A DNA stretch of 57,147 nt, filler included, from Jimgerdemannia flammicorona (taxonomy: Eukaryota), in the NCBI GenBank assembly GCA_003990765.1. It is 3 parts of 3 records of this genome, joined end to end, with 100 filler letters (N's around TTAATTAATTAA, not from the genome) between each part and the next. Parts side by side here need not be neighbours in the genome. Positions count along the whole stretch, not along the records: positions 1 to 18,991 come from RBNJ01002056.1; 2 more parts are not named here. One strand, 5' to 3'. The translations under genes were made by a program, and so were the position numbers. The notes under the pieces were generated by a model that did no database searches, was not told the DNA's origin, and worked only from the letters and a program-made list of their open reading frames with translations. Numbering within the stretch: the first letter of the stretch is position 1; each line of letters begins with the position of its first letter. Positions 1 to 11,693 of this stretch are shown piece by piece.

Positions 1-2
1 TC

Positions 3-449
3 CACACCCGCCTCAAATCCGACGTCAAGATCTTCATGCGCTCCAAAACCCAACCGGACCTTAATGTTGTCAAGGGCATCCTCTCGGACATAACCTACGC
101 CTCCAAGGCGACTGCCAACGCTAAGGAGGCCACCACGGACGCCGATATCTCGGCGTTGGTCCAGCGCGCCATCAAGAGGCGCCAGGAGTCGATCACGCAA
201 TACAAGGCCGGTGGGCGCACGGACCTGGTTGAGACCGAAGAAAAGGAGGTCGTCGTGCTGCAGAGGTATCTGCCCGAGCAGATGAGCGAGGAGGAGATCG
301 AGCTGGAGGTCAGGAGGGTGGTCGAAGTGGTCGGGGCGAAGGACCAGAAGGACCTAGGGAAGGTCATGAAGAAGTGGAGCGTGGATGGGGCGAGGGCGCC
401 GAGAAAGGCGGTGACCGATGTGGTGAAGAGGGTGTTGAGTGGGAACTAG
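3..449 (+). CDS. GatB/YqeY-domain protein (AIM41-like), 5'-partial
   Basis: Frame is open from position 3 to TAG at 449. Motifs RAIKRRQESITQYKAGGRTDL, EKEVVVLQRYLPEQMSEEEI and KDLGKVMK are typical of YqeY. Confidence 0.85.
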   Translation, partial: HTRLKSDVKIFMRSKTQPDLNVVKGILSDITYASKATANAKEATTDADISALVQRAIKRRQESITQYKAGGRTDLVETEEKEVVVLQRYLPEQMSEEEIELEVRRVVEVVGAKDQKDLGKVMKKWSVDGARAPRKAVTDVVKRVLSGN

Positions 450-1378
450 GGGCTGTAAGGTGAATAGTTCAATGCTGATGCCATAGAGATCAAGATTTAA
501 TCGCTTGGACAACAAATGCGCACGCGCCATCCCCAGACACGGGTATTTTTTCGAATTCGGGGGCTTCCCCGTTTGTGTGCATCCGTAAAAAGCAACTTTA
601 TTTTTGCTGGGCCTATCATGAACGTGAAAATTTTAGTGTACACCCAACATTAGTTCATGTCCAACATTAGTACATGTCCAACATTTTCCTCGGTGCACAA
701 AGTATTGATTGACAGCTGCATGCCCGGCATCACAAAGCCTTCGTCCCGTTTATCGGTAGATCCAAATCGCTTTTACAACGGAAATATCCGGTTTATTCCG
801 TCCGAGCGAAAATGGAATTCCAGTTCCTGGGAACTAACAAACATTATTATGCGGGACCCGTGCTCCGGGTATCGCCACTACGGTGCTACGGACGTAAGTC
901 TTTCTTTTATTTTGTGTTTATGAACCCCACATCCTCTCCGCTTTATCTCTTTCTCAAATTAGTCGCTTCGACCCCCCCCCAAAAAAAAAGTCGACGTTCC
1001 CTTTTTGTTGGCAGTAAGCATATTTTTATATTAAATTACGCTACGCTACGCCATTACAACTACTGCAACGTTTAGTTTTCGGCGCAATCCACATCATTTG
1101 ACATCTTTTCGGTATATACCTACTTCACCCAACTGATTGTGCGGAACGTACCTATTTGAGGTTAGGAAGGCCCCAAAAAGTACCGGCATACATATATGAT
1201 ATGTGTTTCTGGCATTGTTTGGATGTCTCAGGTTCATTGTTTGGATTCTAGGTGCGGGAAGTCAGCTGTATACTTGCGGAACTGCGGAGGTGAGTCACGT
1301 CGACTACACTGTCGCGAATGGAAAAAAAAAAAAATATTTAAGTCTTCCCGTTAACAACAATATTCCTCAAATCACACC

Positions 1379-2370
1379 ATGTTCAACAATTCTGTTTACG
1401 CAAACGCTTTCCCAATCGACCCAGAGTTTGTTTCCAGTTCCATAGGCCTACCTTGTCACCGTGTCTACCAGCTTTGGAAACTAAATGTTATTATTCTGCT
1501 CTTCTGCCGTCAAACAGCCTTCTTGACTATCTTGCGCGGATACCTGAAGATTACCCTGTTCAACCAGGTGGCTCGATTCAAAATGATTTCAGTAACCAGT
1601 TCGTTTTAGACGAGCTAAACTTTGGAAGCATGACGCTACCTGCCGTATCTTATCTACCGCACCAGGATATCTTCCAAGCGCTTCCGCCCGTTGGCTCACT
1701 CGACGCGGGAGTTTCTGTCAATCAATCCACCGACTTTCCATCGGGACGGCGCACAACCCATGCCTGCGATCTGTGCCACCTTGGCCATCGGAAGTGCAAC
1801 GGCCTCTCGCCATGCGGTCAGTGCGCAAAGCAAGGTAAAAATTGCACTTACATGCGACACGAACATAATTGTGTCAACAATCTGGCGTCACCCAGTTCGG
1901 TTCATCCGCCGGTCTCTCCCACCGCAGTTGATCCTGTTGCGTGGCTGGAAATATCAAATTCCATAGACGAAGGAGAAAAGCCTGCGGAGAATATTCGTCA
2001 CCAGAATGTTCTTCGCCCAACAATCGTTTTGCAGTACACTTTGACAACGTATCAAGGTCACGCACCAGCACCAGTGGCCTTTTCCGTTATACCCGCTTTC
2101 CTCACAAGTTCAACGGCCAGAGCAAGAACCCTCCGTCTTCGCCGACAACTTCGCGACGATCGCCATCTCCGGCTTCGCCATCTGATCTTCCGTCAAATCC
2201 ACCATCCTAGACGTCGGCCCAGAGAGGTACAAGACAGTGATAACTCAAGTGGCAACAACGTCCAAGACCGTGACTCCTTTGGCTCCCGCGTTCGTCGCCT
2301 GCTTCATCGGAGCGTATGTTCGGCGAAATGTTCTTTTTCGAAGGTAATAAATACTACTTCTTTCCATTGA
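1379..2370 (+). CDS. Zn(II)2Cys6 binuclear-cluster transcription factor, probably frameshifted; start and end uncertain
   Basis: ACDLCHLGHRKCNGLSPCGQCAKQGKNCTY matches CX2CX6CX5CX2CX6C. The plausible ATG at 1379 and the Ser/Pro-rich tail (ORF 1941-2210) lie in other frames. Confidence 0.7.
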
Positions 2371-2589
2371 ATATTCCATCTCATGTTAATTTAGAGGTTC
2401 GACTATACTATACCTATCTTCCGATAAATTTCCGCAGCTGGGAATTTGCAAGTCGAAGGGAGATCGAATATGAAGGCAACTCGTCCACCATGTAATTAGG
2501 TTTGTACAAACCCTTGTTTGCCTCAAAAATTGGCGCTTACAACCAAATCTTTGTCGATATTCTCTTATTCTAATTTACCTGTTTATATA

Positions 2590-2990
2590 AAGCAAATCGA
2601 TATAGGACCATTTTTAAAAAAATTGAAGACAACCCGACTACCCAGGATTCAAATCCTTCAAACATTGTACATTAAATTGCATGCACTCAGTTTTAATATA
2701 TTCGCTTCAATAAACAAAAAAGAAATTGATGCTTAGAACCATTTTAATAATTGAAGATAACCTCAAAATGATTCAAATCCTTTAAAAATATAAATTCCTT
2801 CAAAAAATAATTTTAATGTGTTCAGGTCTATCATATTCACTTCAATAAATAAAAACAATTCAATATTACTTAGGACCATTTTAAGTATTGAATATGACTT
2901 TACCTGCTCAAGATTCAAATCCTTTCAAACTACAATCATCAAATTGCATGCATTCAGTTTTAATACATTTGCTTCAATAAATAAATCGTA
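2590..2990. repeat. Three degenerate AT-rich tandem units of about 135 bp
   Basis: The blocks tagRaccatttt, gattcaaatcctt and cttcaataaa recur in units starting near 2602, 2733 and 2870. Confidence 0.7.
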
Positions 2991-3260
2991 TATTGGAGTA
3001 GGGAGATATAAATATACAATTATTGAAATCAGCTTGTATGTACTTGGGCACATATCTGCTTGAATAAAATAACGATAATAACTATGCCTTTCTTCAGGAG
3101 AACAAGAGATCCATAAAATAATAACATGAGAACTTGCAATCATTTTAGTCAAGCAATTAAACGCATTCGAGTTATTGAGAAAGAGTTTCCTGGAGCACTA
3201 GAGTGTGTTACTTCTGCCCTAAAATCTGGCCGTTCCGCCAACTGGCCCACCGGCCTCATT

Positions 3261-5592
3261 TTACAGGATGTCCTCCCTGCGGATGGCCAAGATGAGCGAA
3301 ACGGGCACAATCTGTGCCGACATGAACTTGAGGTGTCCAAAATGCTCAAAGACCTCTTCGTGGTAGTTGCAAATGACCCGCTTCCAGTACGTGCCCAGCT
3401 TGTCGCCGTTTCGGCAATACCACCCCCCGATTGGCTGGCTGGTGCAAAGGTTTAAAAAGTGAAGAAAGACGTATTGGTCGATGAGAGGAACGACTGAAAG
3501 GACACACAAACATTGGCAAATAAAATCAAGGAATGACTCATCTGCCGGCTGTTACGACCAAAAACCTCTGATCCGCGCGCCATAAATCTTCCAGTAGTGT
3601 ACTGGCTGTTAGCCACCGGAACCAAGGGCGCCAATTCCACCAGGTACGTTGTATAGTACTCTCCAAATTCTGACGTGTTCACTTTGTCGAGTTTCAAGCC
3701 TTTTCACTCACGTACCCATCCAGGACTTTCTCCAACTTCGGTGCCTCGGGTTCCCCTTCCTTTTCCATCCTCAACTGAACCGCTGCCAGCTGCAGCAGGT
3801 TACTGATAGCCAAGTCGCTCGCCATAATGAGCCAGAACAGCATTCGATTTCGAGAACCCTTGCGGCTGTAGTGAATATTCGGTGGAAATTACAGCCGCTA
3901 ACTGGGCTCACCACCTTGAGTTACCGGGGCTCATAACCTTGTAGTGGAAATTACAGCCGCTAACTGGGCTCACCACCTTGAGTTACCCGGGGCTCATAAC
4001 CTTTATAGTAACGACTGATGAATGACGTAAAACTGATGAAATCGCGTAATGTCACGTGCTGACATATCGAGTTGCCATCCCAACAGCGGCGATCTCATCG
4101 CGAAAGTGGTCCGCGACGGACCGACCGGCGCTCGAAGGGCGACCGACAACGGCGCGCACACCTTGCTGAAGCGGTAGCGGACGTAGGCATTGTACACGTT
4201 CACCTGCGATAGGATGCTGCGCGTGGACGGATCCGTCGCGCGAGTTGCTCGCGTGTATACTTCCGCCCTTCCATTTGCCGTCTCACCGGAGTCGGAGTAG
4301 GCCGAAGATTACTTCGTTTGTGGGAGTTCATCGGCACGTGGATTCGGATCCGCGGAATCGTTGGCCTTGTTGACAATGCAAGAACCGCACTTGTCCGTGT
4401 TCAGGCGGAGTCTTAGGTACGGCAACACTGTCTGAAGCGTCTTCCACCCATTGGCGACCAAGCCCGTCTCCGGATGAAACAAGACCATGTCGTCAACAAC
4501 GCGAACCAGTACGACGTGATCCATTATGGGCGCGTGGCGTGTCGTGTGGCCGGTCACCGACTCTGATGTGAATATCCGCCACAAACAGCACGACCTCATT
4601 AAATATCATCGACAGCGCGTGGTGCAGCGGCAGCCCGCGGCGAAGCGTGCGAAGCTCACGCGCCGTTGTCGCACCGCGCTTGTCGGCCGTCGCGGGAAGA
4701 TAAACCTGCTGTGTCATCATGCGCGCGAAGAAGTTTATTCAGTCGATATCGACGCCGAGGACCTCCATAATATTGAGGGCGTGTTGTCCTGGATGTCGGC
4801 GACAACTACTGTCATTCCCTTGTTCCTCAGTTCGGTCCTCCTTACGCAGAAGGTACTCTGTCGCGCACAACGTGTCGATGGCGAACTTGAGCTCATCGAT
4901 AAATTTAACGACGCCGTCGTGCACATTAGAGAGTGTGCCCTTCTCGTTTTCGAGCAGGATCTTGTCGACAACGTCGAGGTTGTACTCGGAAGCGTCGTGC
5001 GGAACGGCGAGCCTTTGAAGGAAGTTTTGAAACGCGCGGCGCCCCTGCGCCTCTTCGGCAGTCAGATTGCCCGTGATGATGTCGGTGCGGGTTCCGCTCG
5101 GTCCGAGGTCAACTTCTTCGTCGCCGTACTTGGTTCGGAGGCCAACCATTCTCGCAAGATGCTACCGAACACAAAGCCTGCCAGAGTATTGGAATAATAT
5201 ATGATAATTTTAGACATTGAATAGATCGAAAGTAGGTAGATAGATCGACGAGTTGGACTGACGAACAGAACCTTGCGCCAACCTGCTGACCCTTTCAATT
5301 TTCTTTTCCAGCCGATCGATCCAACCCTGCAGTACCGTCGGACCGACGACCTTCGGCAAGAGTGTCGTCTCCGGGTTGCCAATGTTGGGATGGTGTCCGA
5401 CGAAATCCCTGATGTCCTGTAGAAGGTCTCAACTTTCAGCCGGAGATCGTCCTGCGCGGCGGCCCTGACCAGGATGTCCTTGTAATGTGTCTGTAACCTC
5501 TTCTGTCGCTTCGACAGCTCACTGAGCTTGGAATTCGTGACGGTCTGGAGAGTGGATACTGATGTTAGCGAGGCGGATCGTTTGCTAACCAT
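3261..5592 (-). pseudogene. rvt: rvt-type cellular reverse transcriptase-related gene, degenerate (frameshifts, stop codon, internal deletion)
   Basis: Colinear rvt-like blocks across frames: STLQTVTNSKLSELSKR (ATG 5592); FGSILREWL; ATEYLL..MTVVVADIQD; LGVDID*INFF; RRGLPLHHALSMIFNEVVLF; VRVVDDMVLF..GWKTL..LRLNTDKCGS; SILSQVNVYNAY; LFWLIMASDLAISN; C-terminal YWKRVICNYHEEVFEHFGHLKFMSAQIVPVSLI ending at 3261. Confidence 0.8.
3882..4003. repeat. Near-perfect tandem duplication (62-bp period) inside the rvt relic
   Basis: gtggaaattacagccgctaactgggctcaccaccttgagttacc(c)ggggctcataacctt occurs at 3882-3940 and 3944-4003. Confidence 0.95.
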
Positions 5593-6131
5593 TGTCGAGG
5601 TAGTTTGTGGAGCTGTTATGGATGTGGATGTGTGGATGTGTGTTGTTGGAGGGAGGCGGAATATTGTACTTATACACAAAAGGGAGTGGCGAAGGCTGGA
5701 ATGTCCGGTATCTCTGGCGTACGCGATTCTAGCCAAAGCTCTGTGTCAACATTACTATCCCTCAGGTATATTCTAATGTGAAGTGATGTGGCATGGTACC
5801 GTAGCTACTGGGTTATTAATTGACACACTTGTACAGCTCTTGTTCTGCCGCAGACAGTGATTCAGATTGTGCTGGATTGAAAACATTCATTTGCCTTCCC
5901 TTCATCATTAAGGAGCATTGTCTCTTCGTATGCGTTGCTCGGCTTCCCCCACGGCGCTCTTGGAGGTTTGGCATGGTGACAGCCTAAAGAATATACCCAT
6001 TTGCATGGACCGCCAGCCAACCTTAAACCCTTTTTACCACCGCCTCGTGCATCAGATCTGGAGTTTTATTCAACACATCTAGGGATGCATGACCCATTCT
6101 CCAACGACCGAGAATCTCACAGATCTCAGCA

Positions 6132-6144
6132 GATAAATTTTATG

Positions 6145-6216
<72 letters not shown>

Positions 6217-7338
6217 GGACTCAATGTTTCACGGATTTTTATTGGAAGAGAACCTAAACTATATAGGCCAAAACCCTCCCCCACCACCCATCAAGCACTG
6301 TCTCTTTATTAACTTAGGTTAGTTATTATTCAGCAGTTTGACCATGTTAGTTGCAGCAGAGCCTATGTTGGCCTGTATCTTATTTTGCACACTATGCTCT
6401 CTCTATCATCAGGGAAAACTCAGTTATATATCAATGATCAAAAGTGCATATTCAAGAACCCAATGTATATACAAGGCTATGTTTAAGCTGAATAGAATAA
6501 CCTCTGCCACTCCAAAGAGAATGATAGGTAAAGAAAAACTCTCATCAAAGTATAATACAGTGAGTAGGGCTTGGTTTTTCCAGTTGAGGTGAGTAAAGGA
6601 CTTATACATAAGGTGGGAGGAGACCTCCAATACCCTACTACTCAAGCCTATAGGCCTTGATTATATTGCTATATCAGCTCCTGGTTCTAGTTGAGTATAG
6701 TCAAGATACTTGAAATGGGTAGCCTTAGACCCCCTGACTCCCCCAGATGACCAGGGCCCAACCCTATGAATTACCAAAAGAAGCTGAGAGTGATACCTAC
6801 TATCTAACCATACAGCATCAATCAAAAGATCTCACTGAAGCAGTATCTGTCCCAGCCCCAATGACTGCCTCCAGCCTGGTATCCTACTGGTTCACCATTA
6901 TTGCCCTTCCTCCTATCTATGATGGCCATCTCCCCTCCCATCCCAACAATACCTGAAAAGTAGTCACCATACTAGAACTATACTCACTGGGAAGCTCACC
7001 AAAGCCAGAGAGCCCTACTACAGGTACTGAGGACCTACAAATAACCTATGCTGAGCACTTGATGCCCAAGGTCAGCCAACTCTCTATGTAGCCCGAGACA
7101 CACCAAGACAACACCTTGTTGGTGATGGCAAAAGGAAGAAGGCACTACATCAAAATAGATGCACTTCAGATATAGCTGAAGGTACTAGAAACTGCAAAAA
7201 AGTGGAGAAGACACCAATCTGATACTGATAAAGGAGCAACTCATCATCATTGCCCTCCTCTCACCATGCCCATGCAGGATAAATTTTATTTTTATTTTTA
7301 TTTTTATTTTTTTTATAGTGCAGGATAAATTTTATGTC
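6132..7338 (-). mobile_element. 5'-truncated poly(A)-tailed retro-insertion (probable LINE 3' fragment) with target-site duplication
   Basis: Long T tract at 6147-6213; minus-strand AATAAA at 6238-6243; gataaattttatgtc at both 6132-6146 and 7324-7338; CpG-poor body. The remnant ORF SLPIILFG..LNIALYIHWV resembles a LINE ORF2 C-terminus. Confidence 0.65.
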
Positions 7339-7391
7339 AATTCACCATCCATCATGTCAGTCAGTCACGTGTCACTCAATATTGTAATTTC

Positions 7392-7447
<56 letters not shown>

Positions 7448-8660
7448 CGCCGTTGCTTATTGTTCCCGAGCTTAATAAAAATTTTAGATATACCGAGTGC
7501 ATTCTGATACTTGGCAAGCAACCGTCAGATAAGTTTCGATTCTTTTTACCGCGCTTTTACGTCAAACGAATAGTTCATCGGGTGCTTAAAAAAAAAACCC
7601 CCTTTTCGATTTTTCGTCGGAAGCGGCTGGGCGCAGATTCGGGAATTTGGAACTCGCGTCTTCTAGTGCAGCATTGGCGGGTAGGTCATAATTGCAAAAA
7701 TAAATAAATAAATAAAATGAAATAAACCCCTTCTAAACGTATTGAAGAAAATGAGGAGAAATGCAACAGCCACCGGAATGCCGAAAAGTTCAATGCCCCA
7801 CTAGTAAGCTTTGTTTTGCCTTTTAGCAAAAACAATATTCTCGTACTGTCCGCCGCCACACGCTTAAGAGAAGCAACAGCGAGACAGCAAAGGTAAGTAT
7901 AGCAGCGGGCGACATTCTCTCTTAGGAAGTTCGTCGCCATGTCCTGATTGTCAAGGTGATGAATTAATAGTTTATGATACCGTTTATAATTACAACCCTC
8001 CCTGGGGAGTCTAATATCAAGCCACAAAAAGCAAGGGCAGATAACAGCAACAGCATACCGGTAGTTTGTGCGATTGGTGAGCGTCCTCACTGCCCTAATA
8101 TTTAATCCGCTCGAAAGGACATCTAGCGGCGGGAAATTTTCATAAACATGGCCCCAAAATAAGCACATTTAATAATCGCAATCATGTCTCGACAGCCACG
8201 GTTGTTGGTTTCGGCGCAGTGGTCTCATAATTTGCCCATGTTGGATATGTTTTTAGGGGGTTGGTGATCTTTTGTGTTACCATTGTGTGTGTGTATGCGT
8301 CACGTGACGTTTGGTCGTTGATAAGGATTTCACATGATAGGGTCGGTTCTTTGTGGGCGCCAGATTTTTTCGCGCGCATTTTTGACCAAATCCCCTCCAG
8401 AGAGCAAATTCCTTGAGGGTTTTTAATACCTGCATCGCTGGCAGATGCACGATGCTTGTTTTGTTTGACTTTGATGCGTTTTATGGCAAACGTGGCCGGA
8501 CTTCACGCATCTTCCGATGAGATGTTCCGAAACGATGGTCACGGAATGGCCCAGTTCGGCCATGATTGTGCGACGGAACCGCGTTATTGTTTGGATTTCT
8601 AGGCGCAGTTGACAGCCCGACTCCTCTCCCTTTCTCTTCACACAACGAAACCCCGACACT

Positions 8661-9263
8661 ATGGACTCAAACGTCGCTACCAACATATTCTTCCTCTCCA
8701 AGGAGGGCATTTTCCCGCCCGATTGGATCTTCCGCGATCCAAAAGACGTAATCGTGTACAAGAAACCCAGCAAGAACACCATCACCAAGACCACCGAGAC
8801 CCTCGTCGAGGGACGGAAGGGGCGGGCGCAGTGCAATATCCACAAGCAGCCACCGTCTTTGGACGCCAGGATCACTCTCCTCCCTCGCAAGGGTTCCAAG
8901 ATGTCGGTGGAGCAAACGGTCGTCTTCCAGAAGAGGCATGCCGTTAAGGACGTTTACGAGTTTGAGTACGACGGTAGGGTGTTCCACTGGCGGTTGACCG
9001 ACGATCTACTGACGAGGACAATGCTCTGCGAGTACGAGCACGTCGATGCGGACGACCATGTAACCCACGTCAGGGTCGCAACGTACGAACATCAATCGAA
9101 CTTGGATTACCTTGGACGCCTGCTTGTTCACAAGGGCGTATTCCCAGAGGTTCGCGACCCCAAGGGTTTGGAAATCTGCATTGTAGCCTCGTTCACATTG
9201 TATGATGAGTCCATTGAACAGAGAAGGCGAAACAGCGTTTCTAGTACGCTTGGCGGGAGATGA
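8661..9263 (+). CDS. Conserved-looking fungal hypothetical protein (DUF6593-like), 200 aa
   Basis: Clean intronless ORF with coding-like composition. YEFEYDGRVFHWR...RVATY...GRLLV...LEICIVASF resembles a common fungal family. Confidence 0.65.
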   Translation: MDSNVATNIFFLSKEGIFPPDWIFRDPKDVIVYKKPSKNTITKTTETLVEGRKGRAQCNIHKQPPSLDARITLLPRKGSKMSVEQTVVFQKRHAVKDVYEFEYDGRVFHWRLTDDLLTRTMLCEYEHVDADDHVTHVRVATYEHQSNLDYLGRLLVHKGVFPEVRDPKGLEICIVASFTLYDESIEQRRRNSVSSTLGGR

Positions 9264-10523
9264 TCGAGTGATAACATACCCTTTTTTCTTTCTTTCTCGT
9301 TTCTTTCTCTGTTGCTCCAGACGGTCTTCAAGTTTGTAGATTATCGAGATGGATAGTCCATGTTTCTTTTGTAAATTTCACTTTGTCTAGAACACGTGAC
9401 TGTAGATACATTGAACATTCTATATAAACGTAAACTGATGTTTAAACATTATTCGATTACATGTTAATAGAGCCCAATCCTCTCGATTGGGATAGAAACT
9501 TTGATTTCCACCAACCCCGAACTTCACTGTTCATTCTCTTGTACTATATTCCCACGCGTCCTGTTTAGCCTTCTCAACTAGCAAGATAGTTCCACCAAAA
9601 GCCGAGTGTCCGGCGCCGTTGATCAAGCTGGCGACGAGTGACTGCAAAACGTTCTCGTGGCCCGACGGCCGTCGACGACGCAGAGCGTACAACTCTGTCA
9701 GATCACTTGCCTGCCGTTGATCAAACTTACCAAGCCCTCGGCGAGGCGGTAAAAAAGCCCTTGACGTTGGCAACACAGTGATGGGTATGACAGATTCTAG
9801 GTTCACGTCTTCTGAACGAAATAAATAAATAAATCATACAGAAAACGAATTAATACCACCAGACCCATTCAACAGCATTGTGGGAGGGCCCAAACGATAT
9901 TGAGAGGGAAGCCTATGCACGGCAAAATAAAACCAACCTGACGACTCTCTTGTAGACATGACTGTAGAAAAAAAAACCTGGTTTCTTATCTGTAAGTCTT
10001 CGTATTACCACTTTTGCTGTGATTTGTTGGGTACGACAAATAACAGGTTCGTTCTTCCCCGTTTGCTCACATCTCTCTCTCTCTCCCAGAAAAAAAAAAA
10101 AAAAAAAAAACCACAAAAATTATTCATCAAATACGTTTCCGATGCCGAGGTCAGAAAAAAGCTAGATTACCTCAAGGCTGGGTATTTATCACGTCCAAAA
10201 CCCCACTCAATGCCCTCGAACGCATCACGTTTTCAAAGCCATTCCAACACTGACGCGATTTGAAACTATACGTAGGGCTTGGGGCCGTAGCCGAAGAACA
10301 CCTTTGTCCAACCGGGTCATATACACCTAAACTTTGGGCATTTCAAGAAGGTGCTCAAGTAGTGTTGAGGATCGATTAGAACGAGGTGTCTAGTCAAGGC
10401 GGTGTATGACATGAGAAAGTATTGGGGCTTCCTGCTTCCGTATTTCGGTTGGGGTGTGCTAGTCACCTGATCCCTTCAGCTTCGACCATTCACTCAGCCT
10501 CTCCCCATTCCGAGAAAACAACA

Positions 10524-11309
10524 ATGTCTCCCGTCAACCTCCTCGCTTTTACCAACCCCATTCTCCACCTCACCGTCCATCCCTCCACGGGCGCCGCGAC
10601 CTCTGCCGCTTTCACTTCTGACTCATCGCAAGACTGGCTCTCAACCAACTCGGCAACCTACCACCCACCCACCCAACGCGTCTACGCCACCACGACCTTC
10701 AACAACCTCTGGGAGCTTGACCCTTCCACGGGCGCGGCGCGCAAGCTCTCGCACGGGTCCTGGTCGGGCTGCGTGCTAGTCTCGTGTGCGGGGCGCCTGC
10801 TCTCCTTCGGCAACAAGGTCTGCGCTGTCGACCCCAAGGACGGGTCGTACATCGAGCTCGGCGGTCAATCGCTGCTTGACGTCTGGTCCAAAGTGACCGC
10901 CGCCACTTCGCTGGGCGGGACGCTCTTCGCCACCACCGTCGCCAACACTTTGTGGGCCGTCGACCCCGTCTCGGGCGAGACGCGTAAGGTTTCCACCGAC
11001 GATTGGAGCCGGTGCAGTGCTCTTGTTGGTGTCGGAGATAAGCTGTATGCGTTCTGTTTGCATTTGTGGATCGTTGATCCGACGACAGGCGCGTGCGAGC
11101 GGTTTAATAAGGAGGGCGGGGGGTTCTTTGGTGGTGGGGATAAATTGGCGGGCGTGGTTGGGGCGGTGGCGGTGGGGACGTTGATTTATGCGGTGAATAA
11201 GAGTGGGAAGTTGTTCGAGGTTGATACTGTGGCGAAGTCCTATCGCGAGGTGGCGAGCGAGGGGTTAGGGTTGAGTAAGGCGTTGGTGGCGTTCGGCGAG
11301 GGGCTTTGA
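10524..11309 (+). CDS. Predicted six-bladed beta-propeller protein, 261 aa, function unknown
   Basis: ATG at 10524 (acaATGt), intronless. Six repeats of about 40 aa of the form LYA..LW.VDP.TG...W. Confidence 0.7.
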   Translation: MSPVNLLAFTNPILHLTVHPSTGAATSAAFTSDSSQDWLSTNSATYHPPTQRVYATTTFNNLWELDPSTGAARKLSHGSWSGCVLVSCAGRLLSFGNKVCAVDPKDGSYIELGGQSLLDVWSKVTAATSLGGTLFATTVANTLWAVDPVSGETRKVSTDDWSRCSALVGVGDKLYAFCLHLWIVDPTTGACERFNKEGGGFFGGGDKLAGVVGAVAVGTLIYAVNKSGKLFEVDTVAKSYREVASEGLGLSKALVAFGEGL

Positions 11310-11693
11310 GGAGTCGGGCCATCAACAACGTTGACGAACCATAAAGCCATAAAGACGCAGACCCTCTGTCTGTTACGAGAAATAAACCGTTTAATTATGC
11401 GCAAAGAACCGAGCATACAATTCGGCTTTCGTAAGAGACAAGGACATCGACTGTACGACAAACGAAGAATCCGACTGTGTTACAACAGAGACAAAAGCAA
11501 CATGCCATTTTCATTTACATCCAAATTTTGCCAACCAACAAAAGCAGGGTTTTAACTCCACCCTCACGTCGCGACGCGTCCAACCAATTTGCCCGGTTTT
11601 CGCTTTATTACAACGCCACCAAACCCCGGGCCGAGGGAAAGACAGAGTGGAGGAATGATTTATTGGGTCCGCATGCACGTAGCCGCACGCACT

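Noticed and set aside
3126..3455. Plus-strand 109-aa ORF (and 4526-5197)
   Set aside because: Largely antisense to rvt coding blocks, with no recognisable motifs.
6001..7707. Poly-Phe ORFs
   Set aside because: Translations of poly-T tracts.
11261..11275. GGGTTAGGGTT telomere-like motif
   Set aside because: Under two units, inside coding sequence (GLGL).
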